The position numbers were made by a program, and so were the translations under genes. DNA of 61,482 nt, counting the filler, from Choristocarpus tenellus KU-1152 (lineage: Eukaryota; Protista; Phaeophyceae), in assembly GCA_964200185.2 (NCBI GenBank). It is 12 parts of 12 records of this genome, joined end to end, with 100 filler letters (N's around TTAATTAATTAA, not from the genome) between each part and the next. Parts side by side here need not be neighbours in the genome. Positions count along the whole stretch, not along the records: positions 1 to 2,795 come from CAXNAD020024688.1; positions 2,896 to 6,898 come from CAXNAD020016714.1; positions 6,999 to 10,697 come from CAXNAD020018442.1; 9 more parts are not named here. The stretch is one strand, 5' to 3'. Shown here one piece after another: positions 1-10,590 of this stretch. Position 1 is the first letter of the stretch. The number at the start of each line of letters is the position of its first letter. A model generated the notes under the pieces. The model saw only the letters and a program-made list of their open reading frames with translations, was not told the DNA's origin and ran no database searches.

Positions 1-244
1 TTAGAGGGTACAGTCGCGTCCATTTGGGGACCAAAATCCGATGTTGCATTTTTGATGTAGTTTTGACTATCATGCTTGTTAGGAGATGTCAATATCCTTG
101 TCTGGATACTCCTTTTCATAACGTATACATTTTAACTACTCCGAAACATTTTGGAGTAGGTAAAAGGTCATTTAAAACCATGGGAAGCCAACCCCCACAT
201 GGACAAACAGGACAAAACTCGTACCCTCTAAGATACTTTTACTC
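1..244 (+). mobile_element. MITE family A (~260 bp, GAG...CTC termini), left end cut by window edge, inserted in a copia integrase region
   Basis: Ends GTACCCTCTAAGATACTTTTACTC and aligns with seven other copies in the window. Confidence 0.9.
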
Positions 245-2548
245 ACATGACCCGAGAGGGAATACCATCAGCCCGGATGTCCGCCAGTTACTCTGGAAGC
301 CTTCGGTAGCATCTGACCTAGCATGAAGGAAATACAACCAAACAAAACGAGAATAATCGTCCCGGATTATCATGGTGTGAGTCAAACGTCAGCATTTCGA
401 TCTAGTCGCGGCAATATGCATTGACCATGGAGGGTGTAATGGCAACCAGGATCTCTTGTGAAGGTAAGTGTTCCATCCAACAGCGAGAATATTCTGGCTG
501 TGAAAATGCCTTTCGCACCCTTATCAGCTGCTTCTTGGCAAGAAAAAAATATTGAATCCAAGATTAGGGACATGGGCAACATTTTGAAAGAGTATTCTAC
601 CTCCTTGTTGTCACATGACGGAAACAAGATGATTAGATCACCATGACCAGCGATGCAAAAGGAATTTCGGCTTGAAGTGGCTACCCTTTGGTCTCCAACA
701 CAGGCTTGTAATTAGTCATGGAATTTATCGTATTTGTCATGTGACATGAAGCCGCACTGTCCAAAATCCATTATTCTCTCTCGCGACCAACCCCAACACT
801 TGACACCAAACATTCGATTGCCCCACACTTGCCTGGAGCATTTCTGCTCGGAGAGTCCTCAGTGGCGGCCAGTAGTGCGTATCGCTTGTTGTCGCCGCAG
901 CTGGTGGTACTTTCCACTGTAATGTGAGAAGGATTCGCCTCAGTCTTGATCTCTTCTTTCCCAGATGGCACCGTAGTCAAGAACACCGAAGTGCATGTTG
1001 TAGCATCATGGGCACGTCCACCACACTTGGTGCAAGTGCGGTTTGGGTAAGCTGTCTTTTCATGTCCATGCTTTCCACATCTCTCACAAGGAATCTTCTC
1101 GGAACTTTTTGGGTTGGAATTAGACCCATTTTTCTTTCTTCTCCACCATTAAATTTACGTTCGACCCCGCGACCTTGGCCATTGCGAAGAGACTGACTCT
1201 TCCCTTGTGGTGAGCTGTTAACGACCAAAACATGACTGTTCTTCTGTCTTGAGTCCTTCCCTTGATGAAGGGAAGCATATCGCTCTCTAGCAGTTTTCTC
1301 TACGTCTGCTAGACATAGTGTTCTCTGCGAGGCCATCATGCGTATCTCGGTATCGTAAGCTGATCCGAGAGCACTCCGGAACTGTATGAGCAGCAGCTTG
1401 TCCGAGATCACCAGGTCCATTGATAGCATCCTCCCCCGAAGCTCTTCCAAGTGGTTAAAGGTTCCAGATCGGATTCGCCCCCTTCTCCACCTTTGCAGTG
1501 AAAAACTCACGGAATAAATGTTGGCTATTACCCACTGTATTAGGCATGAATCAATCATCTATTGCTCGGAAAAGCTCGCTCGGGCTTTGATGCGTATAGC
1601 ACAGTGCCCTGATGGTGGGTGCGACGAGAGCAACAGTAAGTGCATGGTAGGCCTCTTCGGCCATCCACATATCATTTGCACTGAAGCCGTCCGAGAGAAG
1701 TTCTTCGTAGGAGCGTTCTTGATTGACTGGTCTTTCACTTGTCAACGCACCCAAGCATTGGGTATATTGGCAATGCACGATGAAACGCCTCCGCCAGTCC
1801 CGGTAGTCCAAGACGTCCAATAGTTTCGGTGGTTGGGTTCTAGATCTCTTTGTCTTAGGGCGAACAATATGTGCGCCTGACCCCAAGCTCTCCGAAGAAC
1901 CGGACCTCCGGCTCGCCCCACTTCTGACGCTCATAGCATCCAAACTGTTTCCCCTCTCTGTGAAATTTTCCCTCAACATGGGTTCCATAGGACCCACTTC
2001 GACTGGTACGTGCCCAGCCGGAGGCCGTGTGCTGGGCACAGCGGTCTGGATGATGGGATGATTTCCGTCGTCGACTCTTTCAGACTGAACCATGGGATTG
2101 CCAACGTTTCTTGACAACTGCACTACCGTGGCCATAAGCTGTCTGAATTCTTGGACCGATGGGCCCTCGGAAGGAACAGGTTCCGGCAATTCTTGAATCG
2201 CATCTCCTCGTGTAGACACGATGAAATGATGGGTTAGAAACCTAAGGTTCAATATACAGACACCAAGCAATAGATTGTGTTAAAGTATCTCCCAAATCTT
2301 GAAAGAGGATAAAGGTGATAAACCCAGCGAGATTACTTGGTGTCTGTAGAGTGATTGATTAATTTTAGGTGGGGCATGCAGCACCCCATATAAAATCAGA
2401 AATATTTCCTTTTTTATATGATAATTTTTCTCATGCAACTAATCCCTAGTAAAAGGTTCTGATAACTCAACCACTAATTGATTGTTCCATTACTCCATAC
2501 ATATCTTACTGCAGCTGTCCGATAGAGTTGGAAGAGTCTAATCGAATA
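245..2548 (-). mobile_element. Degenerate Ty1/copia LTR retrotransposon, 5' part (5' LTR, gag, protease, start of integrase)
   Basis: Minus strand carries gag ORFs 1551-2270 and 977-1558 and a decayed zinc knuckle CERCGKHGHEKT near 1050-1090. Protease motif WILDSAASCHMT is near 735-775 and integrase-core text IIRDDYSRFVWLYFL near 330-375. Stops and frameshifts are present. Confidence 0.88.
2278..2548 (-). repeat. 5' LTR of copia family 1 (T[G/A]TTCGATTAG...GATACTTTAACA)
   Basis: The reverse complement aligns end to end with 17739-18006, which follows a PPT, and with 34556-34614. Confidence 0.92.
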
Positions 2549-2728
2549 GAGTATGCCATAGATTTATTCAGAGAAGAAAATGTTCTGCGTTGTGTTCATG
2601 TTTCAAGAAAATTACAACGTTAGGCCAATAATGGTTGAATATACTTGGAGTGATTTCTTCTACATATGTCTCTGTGTAGCATAAAATAGCCTCATTAAAT
2701 GGAATGTCTTCTCTTGCCTTTGCCATGT

Positions 2729-2795
2729 GAGTGAAAGTATCTTAGAGGGTACGAGTTTTGCCCTGTTTGTCCACTTGGGGCTTGGCTTCCCACAG
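2729..2795 (-). mobile_element. MITE family A, partial (contig end)
   Basis: Starts GAGTGAAAGTATCTTAGAGGGTACGAGTTTTGCCC, the reverse complement of the family right end. Confidence 0.88.
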
Positions 2796-2895
2796 NNNNN
2801 NNNNNNNNNNNNNNNNNNNNNNNNNNNNNNNNNNNNNNNTTAATTAATTAANNNNNNNNNNNNNNNNNNNNNNNNNNNNNNNNNNNNNNNNNNNN
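2796..2895. other. Artificial contig-joining linker (44 N + TTAATTAATTAA + 44 N); 11 copies in the window
   Basis: Identical 100-bp blocks at 2796-2895, 6899-6998, 10698-10797, 14229-14328, 16868-16967, 19916-20015, 23091-23190, 25929-26028, 34456-34555, 41759-41858 and 56603-56702. The 12-mer gives stops in all six frames. Confidence 0.97.
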
Positions 2896-4021
2896 TTAAG
2901 ATCGTTTTCACAAAACAACCATCCTCGTAGTCCCGCTCCATCCCCAATTTTGAAAATCCTCTGTTCAAGAGAGAATATAGTAAATGAGAGATAAATTGAT
3001 ATCTTGCATCCAACGCACTGCAAGGATGTTTGCACAAGTTGTATATATACTTCCAGTCAAAGTAAACGAGAGGTACCCAGAGTTGCATTTTACAGATGCT
3101 GACAAATATGAGCAAAAAAAAGATACATTTTTCGCGAAAGCAGGTAGGATATTTTCTGAATTCTATCGAAGAGTCTCAAACAATAGAGAAATCAACACTC
3201 TCAAGTCAAACTTATCACTGTAAGAGAAGCATGGGTAAATTGTTTAAAATCAAAATGGGCAAAACCTTGGTACCTGTTTACTTTTGGGTCTTCCCTTCAA
3301 CAGACGTTTCTATCTTGTAAATAAGTTGCAAGACGAAGCAACTATCAACACAGTCATTACATTTGGTGTGTGCAATTTCAATTTTCAAAAGCATTTTTGG
3401 CTGCTTTTCTAAATTAGATTTACTGTTTCCAGAATTATCTAGGTGTTCCAAAACCTATCAACTTCTTTCCATATTACTTTCATTAACATTATTTTGATCA
3501 CATTAGCTGAGGATGATCCCATCCTGTGGTCAGAGGCACTACACACTTCACTACTTTGATACAAACGGCTGGCTAACGCTCGCACTATGATTAATTGTAC
3601 TGCCTCCATTCCTTCCTTCCTTCTCACGGGCTCAGCACTCTGACTACTCGTTACTCCATCATTGTTGACAGTGGCATCTCCTCCTTACAATCTTCTCCTG
3701 GACCCACCCCAAAGTTTCCGTGTCAATCTTGATGCAGTGGGTTCGTTTTTTTTGTGTACAGTCACAGACAGGACAGTACAGGTTTCCAATCTGTTGTGCT
3801 TGCTATCATGTCAAATGGCATTATCGAAACCAGATTTGTGTTAAAAGGAGTCTGGTGTTTAAGGGGGTTCGATCAAGCTAAATTGATGTGAGTAGCTGCC
3901 GCCTTTACTACTGAGCCACGAGGACACTCTATTCTCAACTGTTCTGTTCACAAGTTTTTAACGACCCTAAGAGGAACGAGGAACCTCACAGAGGCGGCAA
4001 ACACCATTCACAAGAAAACAA

Positions 4022-4197
4022 GGCTCAAACGTATCTGGGGGGGGGTGTCTACATCAGGGTGTCCATTCGGTCCCTGACCAGGAGAAGTTAACCTATATTA
4101 TCCATCCAATGCATGCAACCAAATTCACCCAAAATCGCGACATGGAAAAATGGGCCCTGAATGGACAGCTCACCAACCCCCCCCAGATACTTTGAGC
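4022..4197 (+). mobile_element. MITE family B (poly-G/poly-C TIRs), complete copy
   Basis: GGCTCAAA(C)GTATCT-G9 ... C8-AGATACTTTGAGC, flanked by ACAA(G) on both sides. The interior matches 26029-26173. Partial copies at 6871-6898, 10591-10697, 10798-10902, 25835-25928, 34394-34455, 41859-41877 and 56583-56602. Confidence 0.85.
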
Positions 4198-6199
4198 ACA
4201 AGGTTAATATCCTTTCAGCGAAGGGTGATAGTGTGAAGGGAAAAAGGAGAAAAAAACGCTCCACAGGGTGCCCTCTTCAAGAAGGAATAGAAGCGAGTCA
4301 GGAAAAGAGAAGTCAACAAGGAGTTGAACCAACTTCCCTTGGAAAACGATATACTATTGAGTGCTTATGTAAAGCGAATGGATTTTAAAGAGGTCATGAT
4401 AGAAGGGGTTAGGTACAAGATGGAAAAAAAAATCATCTTGAGGGGGAAGGTGTCCCTGAAGATGGGGAATGTGGCAGTGACAACAACACACATGCTACAC
4501 AATCTTAAAAAATGTGAGGGAAGAGCTCGGTGTCGTGGGCATGGACTGCGACCATATTTTGTCCAAGATCATTTCCCAATTTAAGATTCTTGACTTATCA
4601 CTTTTGACACACTTCTCAGAGTAACAACCTTTGTTTTATTCTTCTTGCATGCACAACCTTATGATCAATGCACTCGCCTGGAAATGACAGGAGATCACCT
4701 CTACATTGTTCAGACTTTGCAAGCATTGGGGGCTATTTGGACCAGCTACACGTGCTCCAATTTAATCTCTTCTATATTTGCCGCTTTGTCTGCCCTTCCT
4801 TGCATGTGATAGGGGATTATTTGAAGGTGTTACACCACCGAGCAAGTTTGAAACTACTCTTCTCAATAAGCACAATTGCCAATAAGTGTAAGGTAGTAAC
4901 GGGGGTTCTTTCTGTTACATATTCTTTATATACACGTACGAATTGGATTGGCGAAAAAGATAGGGTTTCCTGGTGTTGTACATACCAACGTCATATATAG
5001 TGATCGGATTGTGTGTCTTTAGGGATGAGCTGTAGCTTCGGAGGTGCTTACATTTGTACACCTTTTTTTTGTGCATCTACCTGCTTTGCTTCACACGGAG
5101 GCCCTTTCTGGTTAAGAGCTGTTTCAATATATAGTATGTGCTTGGATTTGTTGTGAAGCAATTTCGTAATCCTTACTATTTTTTTTTTACCACATGGTAC
5201 CTGCCATATATTACCCTTAATCTTTATCCTAGCATTATCACTTACCATTTCCTACACACTGCTGCACCTCCCTTACATCCTTCAATACACAATCATACCT
5301 CCTTCCAGAGAAGATTTTCACTTCTTCTACAGTCACAGCCTCCTAAGGAGGGGTAGATGAATTTCAGATCGGGAATGGGGAGACACGCAGATCATATAGA
5401 AAATTTAAGTATTCAAAAGAGCCCAAGTATACTCCCCTAGGTATGGGACGGCTCAAAATCATGTCACTCGTTGCCAAGAATGTTTGACCCTTCTCTGGTG
5501 CAAAAACTTTGCTTTGTAAGTTCAACAACCTGCTACCATAGAGCAATAACACTCTAACGGACGTAGCAGAACTAGAGGCATTTGAAAATTGTCCTAATCC
5601 AAAAAGAGTAACAGGGCATAAGATCCAAACAGGGCTCTTGTTCACGCTCAGTCAAGATAAACTATGCAGTCCTTCTGTACTTGGAGATTGTTTAGCATCT
5701 CCTCGATCTTCTCCGTAAACCCTGTTATGTGGATTGGTGACAATTAATATCAATAATGGCATTACGAGGAGGGCTAAAAATAAACTAAGTTTTTCTTTAT
5801 TGAAATTAGACCATACACTCACAAGCATAAGGTGCTGTGCAAGAGTATTCGAGACCATACATAACATTACTTTGATTCCATAAATGGACCAATATATCAT
5901 TTGAATGTTGTGAACTGTCGAGAACTTGAGATAAGTACCAATTCTTGCTTTAAACAGAATATATGAAACGTTGCGTTTCCGCGATAATATCTAGGTTTCG
6001 TGGAACATTAACACTACTGTTCAAATGTGTCATTCAGTCTTGCACACTTGGTGGTTACCTATAAATTCATATGGATCTACTAGAAATACTTGCAATTTCT
6101 ACAACAAAAAGAGTCAAACAGAGGTTCCTACAGTGTTGTCACGGAGAACATAAAGCTTCTGTATATAGGGACAAAATGCCCACCTGCGCCTCCACATAC

Positions 6200-6595
6200 G
6201 AAGACCTTGTGTTGGAGATTTTCGACTGCTGGACTTGAGATCTCTTCTGCATCCTCAGCACCAACAACACTCTTTTCATCCCGCAGCCCATCTAGAATAC
6301 GTTTAGTGAGACCTGCCTCACCCATGTATCCTTTTTCCTCGCTTGCCTGTGGTACAGCAGAATCATGCCTAACCTCCCCCTCCTTCCCATGACCAAACAA
6401 TGAGCGATCCCTTACGGCTGAACGGTAGCGGACAGTCCTCACTCGATCATGCAACCCTTTCTTCTTAGTCTCGTGCTTAAGGGGGTCATTTGAATCAGGT
6501 GATGGGGCTTGGAGGGCCACATCTACCTTCTTTGATTGTGCTTTCAGGAGAGGGGAAAGCCACTTGTGGATGGTAAGTTCATCAATCCGACCCAT
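6200..6595 (-). CDS. Probable internal exon of an uncharacterised gene
   Basis: Open 132-codon frame (MGRIDELTIHKWLSPLL...QHKVF) bounded by a TGCAG acceptor and a GTATGT donor. No recognisable domain. Confidence 0.4.
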
Positions 6596-7214
6596 CTGCA
6601 TGTGCATGCATATTCAGTAAACAAGTGTACATTGGGAAAGCGATGGGGAAAACAAAAGTGTGGTAGGCAGAGTCAATCACGTTTGGACAGATTATTGAGC
6701 AATCAATTTCAAATAAAAAAGGTGTTATGAGGAATGTAGACATTGCCATTTTGGGGGGGCTTCCTACAAGGTATGGAGTCCTCTATATATGACAGATTGG
6801 AGTTGGAGACAAAGGCTTTTCTGCAATAGCACAGTCTAAACTAGGGATCTGCTCCACTCTACTTGTGAGAGGCTCAAAGTATCTGGGGGGGGGGGGGGNN
6901 NNNNNNNNNNNNNNNNNNNNNNNNNNNNNNNNNNNNNNNNNNTTAATTAATTAANNNNNNNNNNNNNNNNNNNNNNNNNNNNNNNNNNNNNNNNNNNNTG
7001 GAGCCCCCACAGCATCCGCAGCCCCTGACCACTGACCCCCCACCCCTCCCCCACCCCCCATGCTACGTATAGCACCACATTGGACTGGATTATACAGAAC
7101 AATGTAGCCCCCACAGCATCCTGGTTCAATGCCCCCTTCTTCTTAGACGCCTTCAATTTCCTCAATTTCCCAACAAACGCCTTCCATTCTTTCCCACACC
7201 GACAAGGATTGGGG

Positions 7215-8539
7215 TGTCAAGAATATGCTTGTTGTTCATGAGTAAAAGAAGATTCTGTAAGAAATAATCTGAGGATGAAGAGACCATGTTTGTGTGCTGA
7301 AGAATAGAAGATATGTTGGGTTTAAAGAGCTAGAATATGGAAGAGTTCAGGAAGAGGAACCACTGTAGGAAGTAATCTGTGAGCAGTGATTACTGATCCA
7401 TATAACAGGAATGATTTTGGCGGTAAGAACCCCCTCCCTTTGGGCTTGGATGGTCACTCCTCCTTTCACCTTCCTTACTTCATCTACAACCTGTTCAACA
7501 CAGTAAGGATTTAATCAAGTCATTTACATACACAAGTCTGGGGAACACCAGCTTCTTTAACATGCTAGGAAGCATTATTTATTGACTTGTGCCAAGTTTT
7601 CAAGGCTAACGTGAATTGATTGCAGGGGGAGTCCCGATGAGGCGGGAATCAGTTACAGCAGATGGACTTTGAGAAGAGCGGAGTATCGAGAAACGATACC
7701 TGCAACACCAGTTAAGATGTTGAAGATGGTGGAGGAGTGGTCGAGTCAGAGGACGAAGATGAAGAACGACTTAGTAGAACCGCGCAACAGACGACTACTA
7801 CTGGACAGAGAATACGACGGCTGATCCCACTCCCGTCAAAGTTCAAAGTTTATAGTAGTGATGATGATGGGGAAGGTTATGCTACTTTTGAGAGAAATTC
7901 CTTTCATGTGCTGCCATGGGGGGATGGAAATATGTTTTGGATTAATTGAGATGGACGAAGCGAGAAGTAGAAGAAACGAGCATGGGTATGGCAGCTTTGG
8001 TGATAAGTTTGGATGGACTAGCAAAACAAGTTGCCGACAACGACAACAGTCCTTCGGAAGCATTTCAAGCTTTGAGGAACCATTTTGCCAGAAGTGGAAT
8101 CACTGAGAGGGTAACCATGCGGTCCAAACTAAATTCGCTTCGTCTACCTGTGGGGAAGAATCCATCCATCGTCATTATGGAAATGGACAGCATTTTCAAG
8201 AAGATGAGATCTATTGATGATGAAGCAAGGAGGCACAATTGAGAGCCATCCACAACTGTTTAACTGATGAATACTCTATCAAGATTCGTCAGGTTACTGG
8301 GAGAAGACTTACAGCTAGACCTGACCTTCGAATATGCGTCTGTGAGACCTATCGTTTACACAAACGACAGCAAGAAAGACGGATGGTGAGCAATGGAGGG
8401 GCATTAGTGGTGGGTGGAGCCTGTACGAGAGGTAGAACTGCAGGGTGTTGAAAGGATCAGCAATCGGGACGTGTGGAGTGTTGGCTGTGTGGAGGACCGC
8501 ACTTTCAATCCTCTTGCCCTACTGCTGTTTCCTCATGTT
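7215..8539 (+). mobile_element. Degenerate Ty1/copia element (family 2): putative 5' LTR 7215-7562 plus gag
   Basis: A TGTCAAGA...TCTTTAACA bounded segment precedes a UBN2-like gag (AFQALRNHFARSGITERVTMRSKLNSLRL) and the zinc knuckle CWLCGGPHFQSSC near 8479-8517. LTR limits are inferred from the terminal inverted motifs only. Confidence 0.75.
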
Positions 8540-8798
8540 GAGCCAAAGTACCTTAGAGGGTAGGGCTGCGTCCATTTGGGGGTCAAAATCCAATGTTTTG
8601 ATTTTGATGTAATTTTCGCTATCATATTTGTTAGTAAGTGTCAATACCCTTGTTCCGGATACACCTTTTCGTAACGTATACATTTTCCTACTCTAAAACG
8701 TTTTTGGAGTAGGAAAATTTCATAAAAGAACCCATGGGAAGCCAAGCCCCAAATGGACAAAATGAGCAAAACTCGTACCCTCTAAGATACTTTCACTC
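8540..8798 (+). mobile_element. MITE family A, complete, without matching TSD
   Basis: GAGCCAAAGTACCTTAGAGGGTA...TACCCTCTAAGATACTTTCACTC. The flanks TGTT and AGCA differ. Confidence 0.92.
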
Positions 8799-8989
8799 AG
8801 CACATTCATTTAGACTTTATCCCACCCCATTGTATGCCTTGCTCCAAGCCTGGATAGCCTTACAACCATGTATTAATTAGACCCTCGGTGCCTTCCTTTG
8901 GGCATTTTTGTACTACTACCGATCTTTCTCAGCAATTACCCCTTTCTCCATATTTTTACCTTACCGTATATCTTTTTGCGATGGGTACA

Positions 8990-10590
8990 CCATCCATAGC
9001 TCCCTTGCCTCATCTGACAGGCCGACTATGTCTAATCGCTTGTTTGTTATACATGTAGGAAGGTGGTACTTTTACTGCTCCTGATTGAAAAATAACAAGT
9101 GCGTAAAACACAACATTTTCTTGGACCGTTTGTACTTACGACTCTAGTCCAGATAGTTACTGGTTGTCGTTTACATTAGAATTCGAAAGAAATCCATTAC
9201 TGGTATGGTATGCATAGATCCGCTTCGTCCATGCTGGAGCTGTTTAGTTTGGGGAACTATATCCCAGGAACTGTTTCGGGACATCTTTCTGTCGAAAGCT
9301 AGGGTGACTGTTACACCAAACCAACTAGGATTGCCCGAGAAGGAGATGAAGTCATGTGGGAGTTTGGTTGGTGCGATTTTTTGGTACAAGTTATTTTGTC
9401 CCCAAGGGGACGACGGAAATTGGAGGGGTCCGTTAGGATCCACCTCACAGGATTGGAGTAGTTTTCAACTAGCAATCACCACGCATCAGCATAAGCTTCA
9501 CGCACTATGGTATTGCCCCAAGCGCAAAGATACCTAGATAATGAGGTGGCTCTTCGATTATCAAGTAAAAACTCAATCACCCACATTTTTTTCCGTAAAA
9601 GGAGGGGGGAAGCAAAATCAAAAACAAATGTACCAACTATTATGGTACTACTCCGCTCAAGACTATGTTTTCGATATTGCGATGATGGAGGAATACAGTA
9701 TGAACAGAGGTTGTAGATCGCGAGTACAACTTTGAGGTTGCACGTTCTGTATTGTAGTACGTCGTACCTTGATGTAACTTTTGGGTCGGTTTCGTTCAAC
9801 ATACACACAACATTATTTGTATTGATCCCACCTATATGGACCTAAGTAAGTAGCATTAGGTAGCGTGAAGAGACAAAAAGATGAGCGTACCAATTGAATA
9901 CCTCCATTTATCCACCCGCATTTGTACCCACCCTTCATAGAGCAATGTCTAATATTCCACCGCTCATTCAAAATCCCGTTAGCATCGTAGATTTAACACT
10001 CAACCAACTACGAGGGGGGTTGATTTTGGCCCTATTGAGTTTGGACCTTGTGCATTATGCATCATGCCCAGACTTGAAATGCCCTTTACCGCCCTAATGA
10101 GGGTATGGCTGTAGAAGAGAAGGTGAGCTGTGAACATTTTGTTAGTGGAAAGTGCCCTCCACTGTGCTCAAAATACATCTCCCACTCACTGGCCAGTCGG
10201 AGGGGCCCTTGAACGTAAAAGACACCCCCCTCAGAGATGGAATCATTCCTGTCTTTGATACATCGTGTCGATCTCTTCCAATAGTTCAAATCTGGAAGAG
10301 AAAAGGTCCAGAAATTTGCCAATGATTTTACAATTGTTGCTTCTTGCACCATATCGAACTCTGTCCAAGCATCACAGGAACTTTTTCCTCGTGACACCAA
10401 GTAAGAGGCCTCAAGTCTGTTGTAGATGTGCACAGTTGAAAATAGATCCATGGTCTGTTGTTTTGATCGCTACTTGATCGCTGACGTCTAAAATTCTTCA
10501 GCAGTGTCGGGACCATCCCATGTGAGAACAATTCGTGCAAATATCGCTGCCTATAGTTTCTTCAACAATATCCCCAACTAAAGCTGTAGA
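8990..10590 (-). mobile_element. Decayed coding remnant, possibly a CxC/KDZ-type transposase
   Basis: Several interrupted minus-strand frames (10086-10451, 9476-9808, 9171-9443) have Cys/His patches plus WDG and IYDANG-like segments. The family assignment is only an impression. Confidence 0.25.

Noticed and set aside
24-326. ORFs such as 24-326, 17043-17231 and 25367-25615 with similar peptides (DTPFHN.YIL.TPK.FGVG)
   Set aside because: They are chance translations of MITE family A. The frames are not preserved between copies.
2840-2851. Recurrent TTAATTAATTAA palindrome as a biological repeat
   Set aside because: It is always centred in exactly 44+44 Ns, so it is an assembly linker. ORFs running into it are artefacts.
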